NCBI GenBank assembly: GCA_964016885.1
Contig: OZ024745.1
Coordinates: forward strand, 101,060,001 to 101,124,000
Source of the DNA: Eledone cirrhosa
Taxonomy: Eukaryota
Length of the DNA: 64,000 bases
Reading direction: 5' to 3'
The position numbers and the translations under genes were made by a program. The first letter of the stretch is position 1; each line of letters starts with the position of its first letter. The notes beneath the pieces are model-generated. The model worked only from the letters and a program-made list of their open reading frames with translations, was not told the DNA's origin and did not search any database. Shown in pieces: positions 1 through 12,474 of this stretch.

Positions 1-306
1 ATCGACCCTGTAAGGATGAAAGGCAAAGTTAACCTCGGCGGGATTTGAACTCAGATCATAAAGGACCATAGCTCTATACTGCAAAGCATGGTATCCGACT
101 CTCTACCGATACTGCCAATACTTATTAATAATTGTTTCTACTTTTGGTACAAGGCCATCAATTACCCAGTGCATTACTGGTGCTATATTTTATCGACCCT
201 GTAAAGATGAAAGGCAAAGTTAACCTCGGCGGGATTTGAACTCAGAACGGAAAGGGCCGTAATTCTATGCGTCAAAGCATGGCATCCCTCTACCGATACT
301 GCCAAT
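1..306 (-). mobile_element. Two adjacent copies of tRNA-headed SINE family A
   Basis: Minus strand reads ttggcagtatcggtagag (A-box-like), gagttcaaatcccgcc (B-box-like), then gcctttcatccttacagggtcgataaa and an (ATT)n-like tail. The same sequence recurs at 22.3-23.6 kb and 38.7-39.4 kb. Confidence 0.85.
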
Positions 307-308
307 CC

Positions 309-540
309 AGTGCTTACAGAACGAGAGCGCAAACGAATAAAATATAAAGGAAGGGTGGACAACCGAGCCACTACCAGAGCAAAAGATAGCAGTATCGCGA
401 GGAGCACTGGGAAACCTCTCTAATCATTTTTGAGGCAAGCCAGCATGCTCGCAGCGTTCGGAGAAGTCGGGCTACTGACTGCGGAATTCGTATCTTCACT
501 GGCGGCCCGCCTAACTGAGGTAACTGGCGAATCTCGCGAA
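309..540. mobile_element. CRE-like (RLE-endonuclease) non-LTR retrotransposon 3' fragment with 5' inversion
   Basis: Minus 458->420 encodes NAASMLACLKND* followed by a UTR. Plus 454-540 encodes AFGEVGLLTAEFVSSLAARLTEVTGESRE, the upstream part of the same RLE C-terminal region as the peptide at 1991-2308. Confidence 0.65.
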
Positions 541-747
541 GACAAAGATTATATCGATAGTAAACGTAGGAAAATTTAGCAGAAACATGTTAAATGTCTT
601 TTGTGGAGATAAATATCCAATATATAAAAAGAAAGAAGTGTGTAGTTAATCCAATTAATCCCACGATATATTACCAGTATCTATTTTATCGGTTACAGAA
701 ACCTGAATAGCATAATCAACACAGGTAGAATTTGAATTCAGAATATA

Positions 748-1137
748 CTTTCGGGTCCCAAATTATAGAGGGGGGGGGGGGGGAAATAAGCAGTGGGGCT
801 AAAAAATTGATAATTTTTTCTAAGTTGTCTCGCTTGATTATTTTAAAAACTAGAATTAGTCGTTTAGTTTATATATTGAGAGTTACAACCCATCCTATTT
901 ATAATGTATGGAATTTCTTGAAACGTTCTTTTTTTTTTTTTTCATGTATATTATTATTATTATTTTTTTTTTTTTTTTTTTTTGGAATGACTAAAGAAAA
1001 TTAATTATTGCGGGAATGCTACCACTTAAAATAAAATTTCATCGGAGTTAAATTAGTAAATTTAATAAGCGAGGAAAGGGGTTGGAAAAAATCTGAAAAA
1101 TTTATAAGTGTTATAAGGGTTATTAGAGACCCGAGAG
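748..1137. mobile_element. Tc1/mariner-type MITE
   Basis: Imperfect TIRs (TA)ctttcgggtcccaaat and attagagacccgagag(TA), flanked by TA; no ORF. Confidence 0.5.
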
Positions 1138-1990
1138 TACAGGAACATATTAAATACAGCAAAATATTTAGTTCTAGGTTTAGCAATATACCTGCCAATG
1201 ATGCTCTTCAATTAAATAATTGTTGTTATTAATTCAGTTTGGTATAAGTTGCGAGTTTGGTGCTACTTTGTATGCAATGTTAACTGAATTTCAGGTTCAA
1301 TTGCAGACAATTTCAAGCATATATTATTTTCCTTATTCATCCTATTTCTATATTTTTGCTTCATATAAAGTAATTGCGAGAAAGCTTGCTTGCATAAATA
1401 TGTGGGACTTTCCAGCAGTTGCTACGAGTAACGCATTGTTGTACGACGCAATCATCCTGTTATCTTGCTGCATAGTTACTTTATGAAATTCCGAGATTAA
1501 CGTTTCACACTTTTCGAATGAGCTTTTAAGTTTTACGAAATATGACTAAGTTTTTTCGTTCTGGTCAGCATGCTTAGAATATAAATGAGACTTTAAGCGT
1601 GAAGGATTCATGGCCTTGTTGCTTATTATTTAGTTGCACATAAAACACCGAAGAGAAAGGATATACTCATAAGATAAATAAACAATGTTGTATTGACGAG
1701 AAACTTTCTTAAATGGAGACATTGGGGTACTTAATAATAGTACAATACGCTAAGAATATAGAAGTAACAATAGATAACAAAATATTCACTTAACAAGTTA
1801 TGTTGTTACTCAAACTCTGTTTTCATATCAATAATCCACAAATACAAAAAAAATAACAAGAGCGTTGCAATCACGTGACTGTCTGTTTATAGGAGAATCA
1901 TAGGATTCTCATATTTTGTCATCCGCTCTTGTTTGTCTAGGTCTTCCCATATTTAATTTATATTTGAACAATGTTGTTTCGTCCGAATAA

Positions 1991-2308
1991 CTGCAGTCTG
2001 CGACTAACCCAGATTCTGCTGCACTTCAGGCTGAGGAGGCCAAACTCTCTAAGTACCGGGCGCTCTCCGACAGGTTTGCGGTCGTGCCCTTGGCAGTGGA
2101 GACTTCTGGTGTCCTTGGTCCTCGGGCTGCCTCCCTACTCACTACCATAGGCGCTGAGCTGGCCAGCCGCAAGTGTGAGCCTCGCGAGATGGAATGGCTC
2201 TTCCAGCGCATCCTTACCATCATACGGGGAAACGCCTTCTCCATTCTGTCCGCCGGGGCTGTGGGGAGGTCAGCACGTGGGACCCCATTTGCTCACCATA
2301 CGGATTAA
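1991..2308 (+). mobile_element. CRE-like non-LTR retrotransposon, restriction-like endonuclease C-terminal fragment
   Basis: Frame reads AEEAKLSKYRALSDRFAVVPLAVETSGVLG...EPREMEWLFQRILTIIRGNAFSIL. The E..K..KY, P.AVET.G and FQR...RGNA motifs are typical of RLE-bearing CRE-group elements; GC-rich island. Confidence 0.75.
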
Positions 2309-2746
2309 CACAAATAAATTATGTATTACTCTTCTCAAAACTATAAAATCTTCCTTGTTTGATGGGATGTTTAAATCTCATCTAGGCTTATTTAAATACA
2401 TGTTTCCCATTGAGAAGGGACTACACATATAGTCCCTCTTGGATAAACATACACAATAGAAAGACAAACGAACAAAATATTTTAAGATTTAAAGAGAAGA
2501 AAAAAAAGGCAAATATATAAAAGAATAATTTTATTCACTGTTTAAAAAAGAAAATTTTTATTTTAGGCATTTAAGTACCAAAAATAACAGAACATTTTTC
2601 TTTTTTATGTTATTTATATACAGTATGGAATGTCTTGAAGATGTTCAAGCTGTTTTGCTTTTAACAGATAACAATATTATAAGGACAATATGAAAAAGAT
2701 ACAATTTTATAATAGTAAATTGTAAGATAATCTATATATATATATA

Positions 2747-3088
2747 TCATCATCATCATCATCATCATCATACGTCCGCTTTTTCCCTGCTTGCAAGGGT
2801 GGGACGGGAACTGATTCTGGCTTGATTTCTACAGCTGGATGCCCTTCCTAACACCAACCTCATTTACAGTGAGTGCTGAGTGCTTTTTTGCCGTGGCACG
2901 TCCACGACCACTTTGCACTAGAATGATAGGGACCCCAGTCCCTATCATCTCATTTCTACAGCTGAGTAAACTGGAGCAATGTGAAATAAAGTGTTTTGCT
3001 CAAGGAAACAACACATCACCCAGTATGAGAATTGAACTCACAACCTTTCGATTGGAAGGCCAATGCTCTAACCACTAAGCCATGTGCC

Positions 3089-3089
<1 letters not shown>
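2747..3089 (-). mobile_element. SINE family B (tRNA-Ala-like head, RTE-derived 3' part, (GAT)n tail)
   Basis: Reverse-complement match to the plus-strand copies at 60782-61084 and 61902-62230; ends in ggacgta(tga)n. Confidence 0.85.
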
Positions 3090-3092
<3 letters not shown>

Positions 3093-3157
<65 letters not shown>

Positions 3158-3163
3158 ATATAT

Positions 3164-3198
<35 letters not shown>

Positions 3199-3236
3199 AT
3201 ATATATATATTATATATATATTATATATATATATAT

Positions 3237-3279
<43 letters not shown>

Positions 3280-3283
3280 ATAT

Positions 3284-3330
<47 letters not shown>

Positions 3331-3363
3331 ATATATATTATATATAATATATATATTATATAT

Positions 3364-3449
<86 letters not shown>

Positions 3450-3493
3450 ATATATATATATTATATATAATATATATATATTATAAATATATA

Positions 3494-3533
<40 letters not shown>
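3093..3533. repeat. Imperfect (TA)n microsatellite, about 440 bp
   Basis: Directly visible; source of the IY-repeat ORFs. Confidence 0.98.
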
Positions 3534-3540
<7 letters not shown>

Positions 3541-3705
3541 AGTAATTGATATAAGAACAGTATGTATATATACAAATTGTATGCATTTTTATGCAGTCTA
3601 TTAGACATGTCAGCACACATTATATATACATTTGGGAGTGAGGGTTGCATACATAAATGCATGTATGTGTATGTGTGCATGTATATATGTGTGTGTATAT
3701 ATGTA

Positions 3706-3911
3706 TAACAAAGAAAGTGTGGTAAGGAACCAGGTGGACCATAACGCACCAGAGTACTCAATACTTAGGGTAGTAGAGTGGGTAATATGAAAAGAATCAA
3801 AACCCTGGTGGCTGAGCTCCGGCCGTTTCGACAGCTAGATCCAAACTAAACTAATTCGGATGTAGCTGTCGAAACAGTCGGAGCTCAGCCATCGGGGTCC
3901 TGACTCTTTTC
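3706..3911 (-). mobile_element. Fold-back element family P1 (Penelope-like/retrozyme-type), copy 1
   Basis: Inverted arms 3789-3842 and 3858-3911 containing tagctgtcGAAAcagTCggagctc; non-palindromic tail 3706-3788; flanked by TA-rich repeats. Same family at 8.9, 12.0 and 46.3 kb. Confidence 0.75.
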
Positions 3912-3925
3912 CTATATATATATAA

Positions 3926-3960
3926 CTGATGAGTCCTTAATAGGACGAAACATTGTTGGC
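3926..3960 (+). ncRNA. Minimal type-I hammerhead ribozyme motif (5' strand of stem I missing)
   Basis: CTGATGA-GTCCT(taat)AGGAC-GAAA-CATTG-TT, followed by AATAAA; starts directly after a (TA)n tract. Confidence 0.65.
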
Positions 3961-5209
3961 TAATAAAGACTTTTGATGTATTGAAGGCTTCTTTGTTTTA
4001 TTTTCATATTTTCATAAATATATATATATATAACATGGCCATGGTAACAATATATACACAAACACACACACATATATATATAACATATCCATGGTAGCAT
4101 CTATTGTACTGATAGGTGTTATGGCTAAAAAAGAAAATGCTTTTATTTTTATAAGAATTAATCAAAATTTGATGCCTAATATAAGAGAAAAACTATAGCA
4201 GAGATTATAATAACTACAAAAATCTCTAATAGCAAAATAATCTGATATGTTATACATAGGAACAAACTAGAAATCTGGAGGAAGGATATAATTTATTAGA
4301 TCAACTCCAGTATTTGGCTGGAACTTAGTTTATCAATGTTAGACAGATGAATGAAGATCAAAGTGACTCCAGCATCATTTAATTCAGGAAGTAACTAAAC
4401 ACCATAAGGCATATTATCTAGTGATCTGATTCTATTATGCTCAGTTTTAACAATAGTGATAATAAAGAGGAGGAACAGTTAATTATAGTGGTGTATGTAG
4501 AACTTGACTGCTACTTATTTTAATGACAAAAGAAAGATGAAAGGCAATGCCCTTAATCATAATTTATAATAATTGCCTTAAACAAGGGAAAAGAGGAACA
4601 ATTCTAATTTTTAAATAGAATTTAACTTTGCTAATTTCTTTCATTGTTTGCAAAAGTGTAAGAACATAAAATGACTCAGATTTTACGCCACTAGGATGAT
4701 TTTTAAAACCATACCTTTTGCATGAATGTTAAGTAAATTAGAAGTACAAGGACTCGAAACTTTAAGTGTTAAATTATTAACCTCATAGCAGGACATTTAA
4801 ACTTTCTTTTTGAAATTGTGTTGTGCCACAGTTTCGTCAATGTCACAGTTTGCCTCAATAACAAAGAGCTTTATTTCAACATCAGAAGTTGAGTGTTTAA
4901 TATTAGGGAAAACAACCAGCTGCAAAAGCAATTTCAAATTTATGCTAATGTGGAAAACGGATTTTATATATCAGCAATTACATTGTGAAGTAATCCTAAT
5001 AGACGTTTAAGAAAAAATAAACTGACAATTCTGCTGCATCCCTAAGATGTAGTGGAATTGTGGTAATGATCAGGTTGCAGAAGGTTGATGAAACATTTTT
5101 TATACTTCATAATAGACTGTACTATTAAAAAAATATGTGAAAAACGAATGCAACTATTTTTTGTGTTCTTAAAGGTTAAAGTCACAATTCTACAATATAA
5201 TTGCTTTAA

Positions 5210-5406
5210 CCCTTTAGCATTTAAACCGGACGTATCCGGCCAGAATTCTCTCCTCTCTTTCTGTTCAAACTGGCCATTCATACTGATGTTAAGATATTGT
5301 TCTAAAATAAATAATATCGAAATTTCATAGATTCGATATTATGTGCGATAAAGCCTTTACTGTGAACATTCAATAGCAAATATAGAGTAATGTAAATGGT
5401 GAAGGG
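5210..5406. mobile_element. piggyBac-type MITE
   Basis: TTAA|ccctttagcattta ... taaatggtgaaggg|TTAA; related copies at 9212, 33950, 41529, 45045 and 46685. Confidence 0.75.
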
Positions 5407-5482
5407 TTAAAGCGTCTCAGATTAAGTCTCTTGCTAAACAAGTAAAATTAAGAAAAATATCTATCTATCTATCTATCTATCT

Positions 5483-5528
<46 letters not shown>

Positions 5529-6645
5529 GTGTGAGCAGGTAAGAAGGGAAAATTCATAGAAGTATGGAATATTCTTTTAGGTTGGAAAGAAGCACCAATA
5601 GATACTATGCAAAAAAAATGTATTTAAGATCTTTTATCCCCTATGGAAATTAAGATCAAATAGACTTGTTTGGGAAACAATTAAAGCAATATAAAATAAT
5701 CAAGATATGCACAAACTTTTCAAAACACATTTATCCACAACCAGAATATGAATATTTGTAAGAATAAAAAAAGGGGATGAAAATAACTTGAGAAAAGGAA
5801 CAATCAACTAACACCATATTCTGGTGTAATATTAAGGCAAATATGTGAATGCATTAATATATTTCCTTTATTTTTGTTTCATAACTTACTTTATAAAAAA
5901 TAGTCATTGTATGTTTTCTATATTGTAACACTTTAGAATTCAAAATGTGAATGCTGCAAGTATACATACATAGTACACTTGTACAGACTTGGTGTAATTA
6001 CAAAGATTTTCAAAAATGGAAGTCCTGGATTTATTGACTAATATAAGCAAGCATGTTACATACTAAACACATCAAAGGTTTTTTCTTCTTTTGTCTAAAT
6101 CACTATAACTAGCATGCACAGAAACTTCAGTCAAGCTTACATATTTACATTCAACAATGCTGTATTTCTATAGATTTCATAATTGTCTTTAAAAGTAGCA
6201 AAACAATTTACAAATGGACTTGATTAATATTTCATAGACTGTTTCTCTGAAGTGATTCTAATGAAGTAATCTATTTGTGATGAAAAATGATATATAAAAC
6301 ATACATATAATTAAAAGAAAAGAGACAAGTTTAAAAAAGAAAAAAATATATATACATAAGTAATATGTCTCTTGGTAATTACAAATATTACATATGTCTC
6401 TTTATTAATGTTTTACTGGTGTTATATACTCATATTTTATCAATACATTTATACCAAAAGAGAATAGTATATCAATTTCATTGATTCTCTTTTAGTATAA
6501 ATGTAATGATAAAATACTAAAGTACAGTATAATTCATTAGAGGTGACTATTTCGTCCTCCAGTTATTGTAACAAGAGGTATTAAATCAACAGAAGACTAT
6601 AAATACGCATTACTGAAAAAACAAAAAAAAAAAAAATCACAGAAA

Positions 6646-6866
6646 CTAATGTAAATTCCAAGTGAATAGAATAATGGTAAAATTCAAAATAACTCCTGCA
6701 AATATATGGTACCATTTTCTTGAAAGCCTCTCTGCAGCATTACAGGCATCACCAGAGCAAGTAAATATACAGGATCTGTACATACGATCATGATCAGCAT
6801 ACCAAATGTCTTGACATTGTTTGCCCATATCACGGGAACTACAAAATCGATGAGTGCCAACCACAC
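6646..6866 (-). CDS. Last coding exon of a boudin-like Ly6/uPAR (three-finger) GPI-anchored protein
   Basis: Pyrimidine-rich tract and AG at 6868-6867, then phase-1 GT GTG GTT... giving GVVGTHRFCSSRDMGKQCQDIWYADHDRMYRSCIFTCSGDACNAAERLSRKWYHIFAGVILNFTIILFTWNLH*. Contains five Cys with the terminal CN motif and a hydrophobic GPI-signal-like tail. RFCSSxDMG and YRSCIxTC match my recollection of Drosophila boudin. Confidence 0.92.
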
Positions 6867-8881
6867 CTATATAAGATAAAGAATAAAAAGGAAAATATAC
6901 TGATGAGGAAATCAAACATACAAAGACAAGTCTTATTACTCAGAAAACAGAAATAATCTTCAGTTGAAGTAGAATGATATTACCAAAACAAATCACAAAA
7001 CCCATGCTGCTATCACTAATTTGATTTCCACAACATAATTCTTGACATAACTTCACAAGAAAATATTTTTGATAAGAAAAATATAGGTGCAGAATACACA
7101 CAATGTTGAAAACAGATGGAAACCAGATATACCTAAGTATTTGTGTGTGTGTATGTGTGCGATATAGAAAGAAAGTGAATGAATATGTATATATATATAT
7201 ATATGTCCATGTGTTTGTATATGTATATACATACATAGTGAGATATATACCTATAAGTGAATGAACATGTATATATGCCCATGTGTTTGTATATACATAT
7301 ATTTATTATGGCTATATGTATATACATATACATACATTAGTGAGATATATACCTATGTGATATATACCAATGTATATATACATACATGGTGAGATATATA
7401 CCTATTATATCAACCACACAACAAACATATGTGTACCTGTATTTCCTATCTAAATTATTGGTTTTTGATTCATAATACGAAGAGTAATTTGCTGTACTAC
7501 TTCTATTGAATATTATAGAATACTGTCAAACGCATGCCAGCATGAAAAATGGGTGTAATATGATGATATATGCCTACAAATCACACATTTAAGGATAGGA
7601 TATAAAAACAAACCTGTTTAACTATTTTGATATCAAACTACTTGAATCCATCCTTCGTTTGATTATTTTTAAATGTTTATATTTATCTAAATACATATCA
7701 AAATTTGATGAAAAAACGTTAGTTGTTTCAAACATCATCAGCTAAATGATGAGAAAGTTAGTTATATTACTAAATTCCAACAAATACTTGATTATTTTAA
7801 AAAAAAGTGATTAGAAAATTATAAGCAGTGTCTTCCATTAGAAATATGGTCACAAACGTGTTTTAAAAAATTAGAGTTTAATGTATCTATCCAAAATTTA
7901 TGACTGTACAGATAAAGACTTGTGATGCAAATGGATAATGAAAACTGGTGCAAATAAAAAGTGGTATGTGATGGCAATAAAATGACGGTGACCAGAGACA
8001 AGTTCATGATGTCATGAGAGAGAAATGAACATAAACCCCATGATGTTTGGGTGACGTCCATTCGTGATGCTGTAGATCCACTGATTGGAGCCAGCTCAAC
8101 CCATCCTGGGTGAATACCAATACAGTTACAAGTAAGTACATTTAATCCATAACAGCATGACAAAATGTATGATCTGATTATGGTGGTGATAGAGTGGAAG
8201 GTGAAGGACAAAGGGACAGGATACGAGGAGCAGAAATGCTTAATTTAATAAAAATTCTAAGAAAGTAAATAAAGAGATAAATGAAAATAACTTGGGTCAG
8301 GAAGTTTACGTAAACATTTAGAGATACCATTGGTTATCTGAACTCAATCCTATACTTATATAACTTAACTCATTAATTATTTTATTTTAATTAGTTGTCT
8401 AACTTGATGTAATGTGAATCCTCAGCACTTGAGGCCATTGCCTTACAAATTTGTTTTGACAGCATGAAAACTTTCAGTGATAATCATGACACAACATTCT
8501 AAATACACTCATTTATCATGGCTATATCTAAAATATCTGTTTAATTAATCTACTAATTAGACACATTAGCATATATTATATACAATATACTCATTTACAA
8601 TATTTTTATGTAAAATATCTTTTTAATTAATCTACAAATGAGACACATTAGCATATTCTATTATGCACTTCTATTAACAACTTAAATCCTTACATAAAAA
8701 TATCATCCTGAATAAATACATTTATCACATTTTCTATAAACACACAGAAAATAATCAATAGAGAAGTCCATTTTCTTTTATATGCAGAACCAATACAGAC
8801 TATTTCCTTATCTTTACTTTATTAAGTTTCTGTTTTCTCTCTCTCACTCCCTCTCTTATATATATACATATATATATATAC

Positions 8882-8935
<54 letters not shown>

Positions 8936-8943
<8 letters not shown>

Positions 8944-9133
8944 AGAGACAGAACCCTGACAGCTGAGCTCTGCCGTTTTGACAGCTAGATCCGAACAGTT
9001 TGGATCTAGCTGTCAAAACAGACGGAGCCGTCGGGGTCCTGACTCTTTTCATATTACCCACTCTACTACCCTAAGTATTGAGTACTCTGGTGCGTTATGG
9101 TCCACCTGGTATCTTATCACACCTTCTTTGTTA
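8936..9133 (+). mobile_element. Fold-back element family P1, copy 2
   Basis: Palindrome about 8936-9054 centred near 8997, then tail cccactctactaccctaagtattgagtactctggtgcg...ctttgtta; (TA)n on both sides. Confidence 0.75.
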
Positions 9134-9211
9134 TATATATATATATAGATACTTTTATTCTTTTACTGGTTTCAGTGATTAGGCTGCTGCCAAACTGGGG
9201 CTCTGCCTTAA

Positions 9212-9432
9212 CCCTCTAGCATTTAAACTGGCTGTATCCAGCCAGAATTCTCTCACCCTTTTCTGTTCAAACCAGCCATAGCCGGCTGTTCATACTGATG
9301 TTGAGGTATTATTCTCAAAATAAATAATATCAAAATCTCATAGGATTCGATATTATGAGAGATATTATATGAGATAAAGCCTTTACCTTGAAAATACAAT
9401 AGTAAATATAGAGTAATGTAAATGCTAAAGAG
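9212..9432. mobile_element. piggyBac-type MITE inserted in an older SINE
   Basis: TTAA|ccctctagcatttaa ... aatgctaaagag; homologous to 5210-5406. Confidence 0.65.
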
Positions 9433-11930
9433 TAAAATGGAGTTTAGCCAAACATATTGAGCTCCAAGTCCTTTTTTTTTTTTCAAAACTTGATACTAAT
9501 TTTTTTAATCTCCTTTTGGTGATCTGCTAGTTTATGGGATATAAACACAGACATAAACATATACAATGGCACTGGTCAATCTGTGGCTATAGTAAGAGAT
9601 ATTTGCCCAAGATACCACATAGTAAAACTGAACCTGATATCAAGTAATTGTGAAGTAAACACCTTAAACATACAGCCATGCTTGTGCACATATAATGATA
9701 TATAAGTAATATCCTTACTCTCCTGCCTCATTAAAATATGTTGTCTCGATAACATTAACTTTTAAGCGTGTGCTCTGAATAATGTTTTTTTTTGCACCTA
9801 CTTTTAATTGAGTGGTTATAGTACAGCAAGATCGAAATTATTTTATATCAATCTAAATTATATATATATAAATTGCAAGTGTAAATGTCACAATAAAATG
9901 CACCCATTACACTCTGTAAAATGGATGTAGTTTAAAAGGGTATCCAACAGTAGAAACCCTGTCAAAAAAATGGAGCACATGTGCAAGATGTGCCCCCCCC
10001 CCCCCCCCCCCCCTCTCAACCTGTCTAATTCTGGACTATGACAACCTGTCCAATTCATATTAGCATGCAAAGAGGTCATGATATATAGTTGAAAGGTATT
10101 CCATTAAAAACCAGAAAAGAAGGACAATTAAAGTAAGGTTCTTGAAGAGACATTTTATTATGATATTTATCATGGTCACATTGATATGATTGAAAAATAA
10201 ATGAATTAAGTAATATACAATTATCATAGCCCATTCACTCTAACTGGTAAAAGAATATCTGTCTATGTATATCTAAGTGTGTGTGTATCTATCTATGCAC
10301 ATTCACATTCTTTCCTTGGTTTCAGAATAGATTGCGACCAAAATAGGGCAACATTTTCAAAGGTTTTAGTTAATTATATCAACTCTAGTACTAATTTTTA
10401 TTGTTTTCTATTTATTAAATGGTTAAGTTATTTTCATTAGAAAAGGACACAACGTGTAGCACCATTTTACACAAACACACAACATAATACACATGACAGG
10501 TTTCTACACAGATTACCTTCACAATATATTTTAGCAATCAAGTGGAATCAAAGCTCTGGATGGTGCATTTGTAAAGCAAAATTCTAAACAACAAAACCAT
10601 GATTGCTAAAATATAAATATATAAGGTATTTATATGTTTCATCCTAAATTGTATCATATTTTAGAAGTATATTTCTCAAAATGTAATTTCCTCTGCAATA
10701 AACAACACCTGTGTAAAATTATTTCTCCATAAATATAATGTAATTCAGCATTGATAAAACCAAAAAAAAAACTATCTGTAAACTCCAATGACAAAATCCA
10801 TACATTAGAAAACAAAAGCATAGATGTAAAAAAAGAAAATATTTTAAATTATATAATATATAAATCATTCTTTACTAAGCAGGCGTATTTTGTAAGGCTT
10901 ACTGTTTTAAAATCTGAAACCTGCCAAACCAAACTTGATACGACATTTAGGCATATATGTGAATAGAAAAGAATAGGTGGAAAAAAAAAAATGGAAATGA
11001 TTTTTAAATGAATATAGAAGCCCTATAGAGGGGGATGAGAAAATGAAAGGGGTAGGGAGAGAGAAAGAGATCAACAATTCAGTAAATAAATGAATGAATA
11101 AATAACTTGTCACTATAGCAACTCCACCATCTGATTTTCATCACCGAAAAACAATTTATTTTCCATTTTTTTTCACTTCTCAGACAAAGTGTCTATTTTC
11201 AGCAATCTTCTATTTATTAATGCATTTCATTTTCCAACAGCTCACCAAACAATTTGCGAGCTAATTGTAGATAAGCACTCCTCTTGCCTGTATAATGATG
11301 CATGAGGTCTACAAGATACATGCACCTATCTCACATACATGTCTATTTGGATTGTGCAGTTGATTGCATTCTGACACTTTTGTCAATATATTACTATAGA
11401 TAAAACTTCTGCACTTTAAATATTCTTTTTAAATGTATACATAATTATTTTTAAGCAATTTTTGAAAGTATTAACACACTCACAATATTCCAAAACAGCA
11501 AGAATTTAAAAATGGAAAGTATTGATAATGACTGAAACTTCCTCATTGTATCAACTGTATTCTCTAATCTTTAAGGATTAACTTTCTGTAGTTTAATCTA
11601 ATTATTTTGAATGAACATTTTTTAGACTATACATCATCATCATTGTTTTGGGTCCATGTTTCCATATTTTCTGCAACCACGTTAAAATTCTTTTCTCACA
11701 GATATTAATGCATTAATGTAGAAATATGGTGTTGAGAAAATAAATTTTTCAACATCATTATTGGCTATTTGGTTAAGAATTTTGCTTCACAGCCATGTGG
11801 ATTGGGGCCCAGTCCTACTGATTGGCAATTCGAGCGTCTTCTACTAAAGAATATGGTAAGTGAAATTTTGTAGACAGAAACTGTATTGGTGTCCATCTAC
11901 ATAAAACAAAATGGATGCAGTAAAAACTTG

Positions 11931-12092
11931 TTAGACCATTTCTCACCAGAGTACTCAATACTTAGGGTAGTAGAGTGTGGTAATATGAAAGAGTTGGAAC
12001 CCCAATGACTGAGCTCTTGCCGTATCAACAGTTCAGAACTAACTGTTGAAAGAGCAAGAGCTCAGTCATCAGGGTCCCAAATCTTTCATATA
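11931..12092 (-). mobile_element. Fold-back element family P1, copy 3
   Basis: Tail gagtactcaatacttagggtagtagagt, then palindrome about 11983-12092 (gagctcttgc...gcaagagctc), then (TA)n. Confidence 0.7.
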
Positions 12093-12182
12093 TATATATA
12101 TATATATATATATGACACACAGAAACAAGATGGCGTAGGACAGAACAAAGGAGAGACACAAAAACAAAGAAAAGAATCTCCA

Positions 12183-12225
12183 GTCACTGAAGAGGTCACA
12201 GAATGTGTGACGAAAGAACTTTGAC
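12183..12225 (+). ncRNA. Type-I hammerhead ribozyme motif
   Basis: GTCA-CTGAAGA-g-GTCACA(gaatg)TGTGAC-GAAA-GAAC-TT-TGAC: stem I GTCA/TGAC, stem II 6 bp with one unpaired G, minimal stem III. Confidence 0.65.
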
Positions 12226-12435
12226 AATATATAAACAACCATCTGGTTGTGGAACCAACTAACCAACCAACTGGAAATTTATAAATTCCTAAATTTATAA
12301 ATTTATTATAATAAATTGAAGTGAAAGCAACTTGTGCGTGTGTGTCTTATTTGCAACATGACCCTCCCAAAGTATAACAATATCGGTTTCAACACACGTT
12401 TTCAGATAAAGAATCTTGCTAAACAAATTCAGAAA

Positions 12436-12474
<39 letters not shown>

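Noticed and set aside
1871-1879. TCACGTGAC E-box/CLEAR-like motif in a mildly CpG-rich stretch
   Set aside because: Single short motif with no associated gene start visible.
5860-6410. Minus-strand AATAAA sites as the Ly6 gene poly(A) signal
   Set aside because: Several candidates in AT-rich sequence; cannot choose without transcript data.
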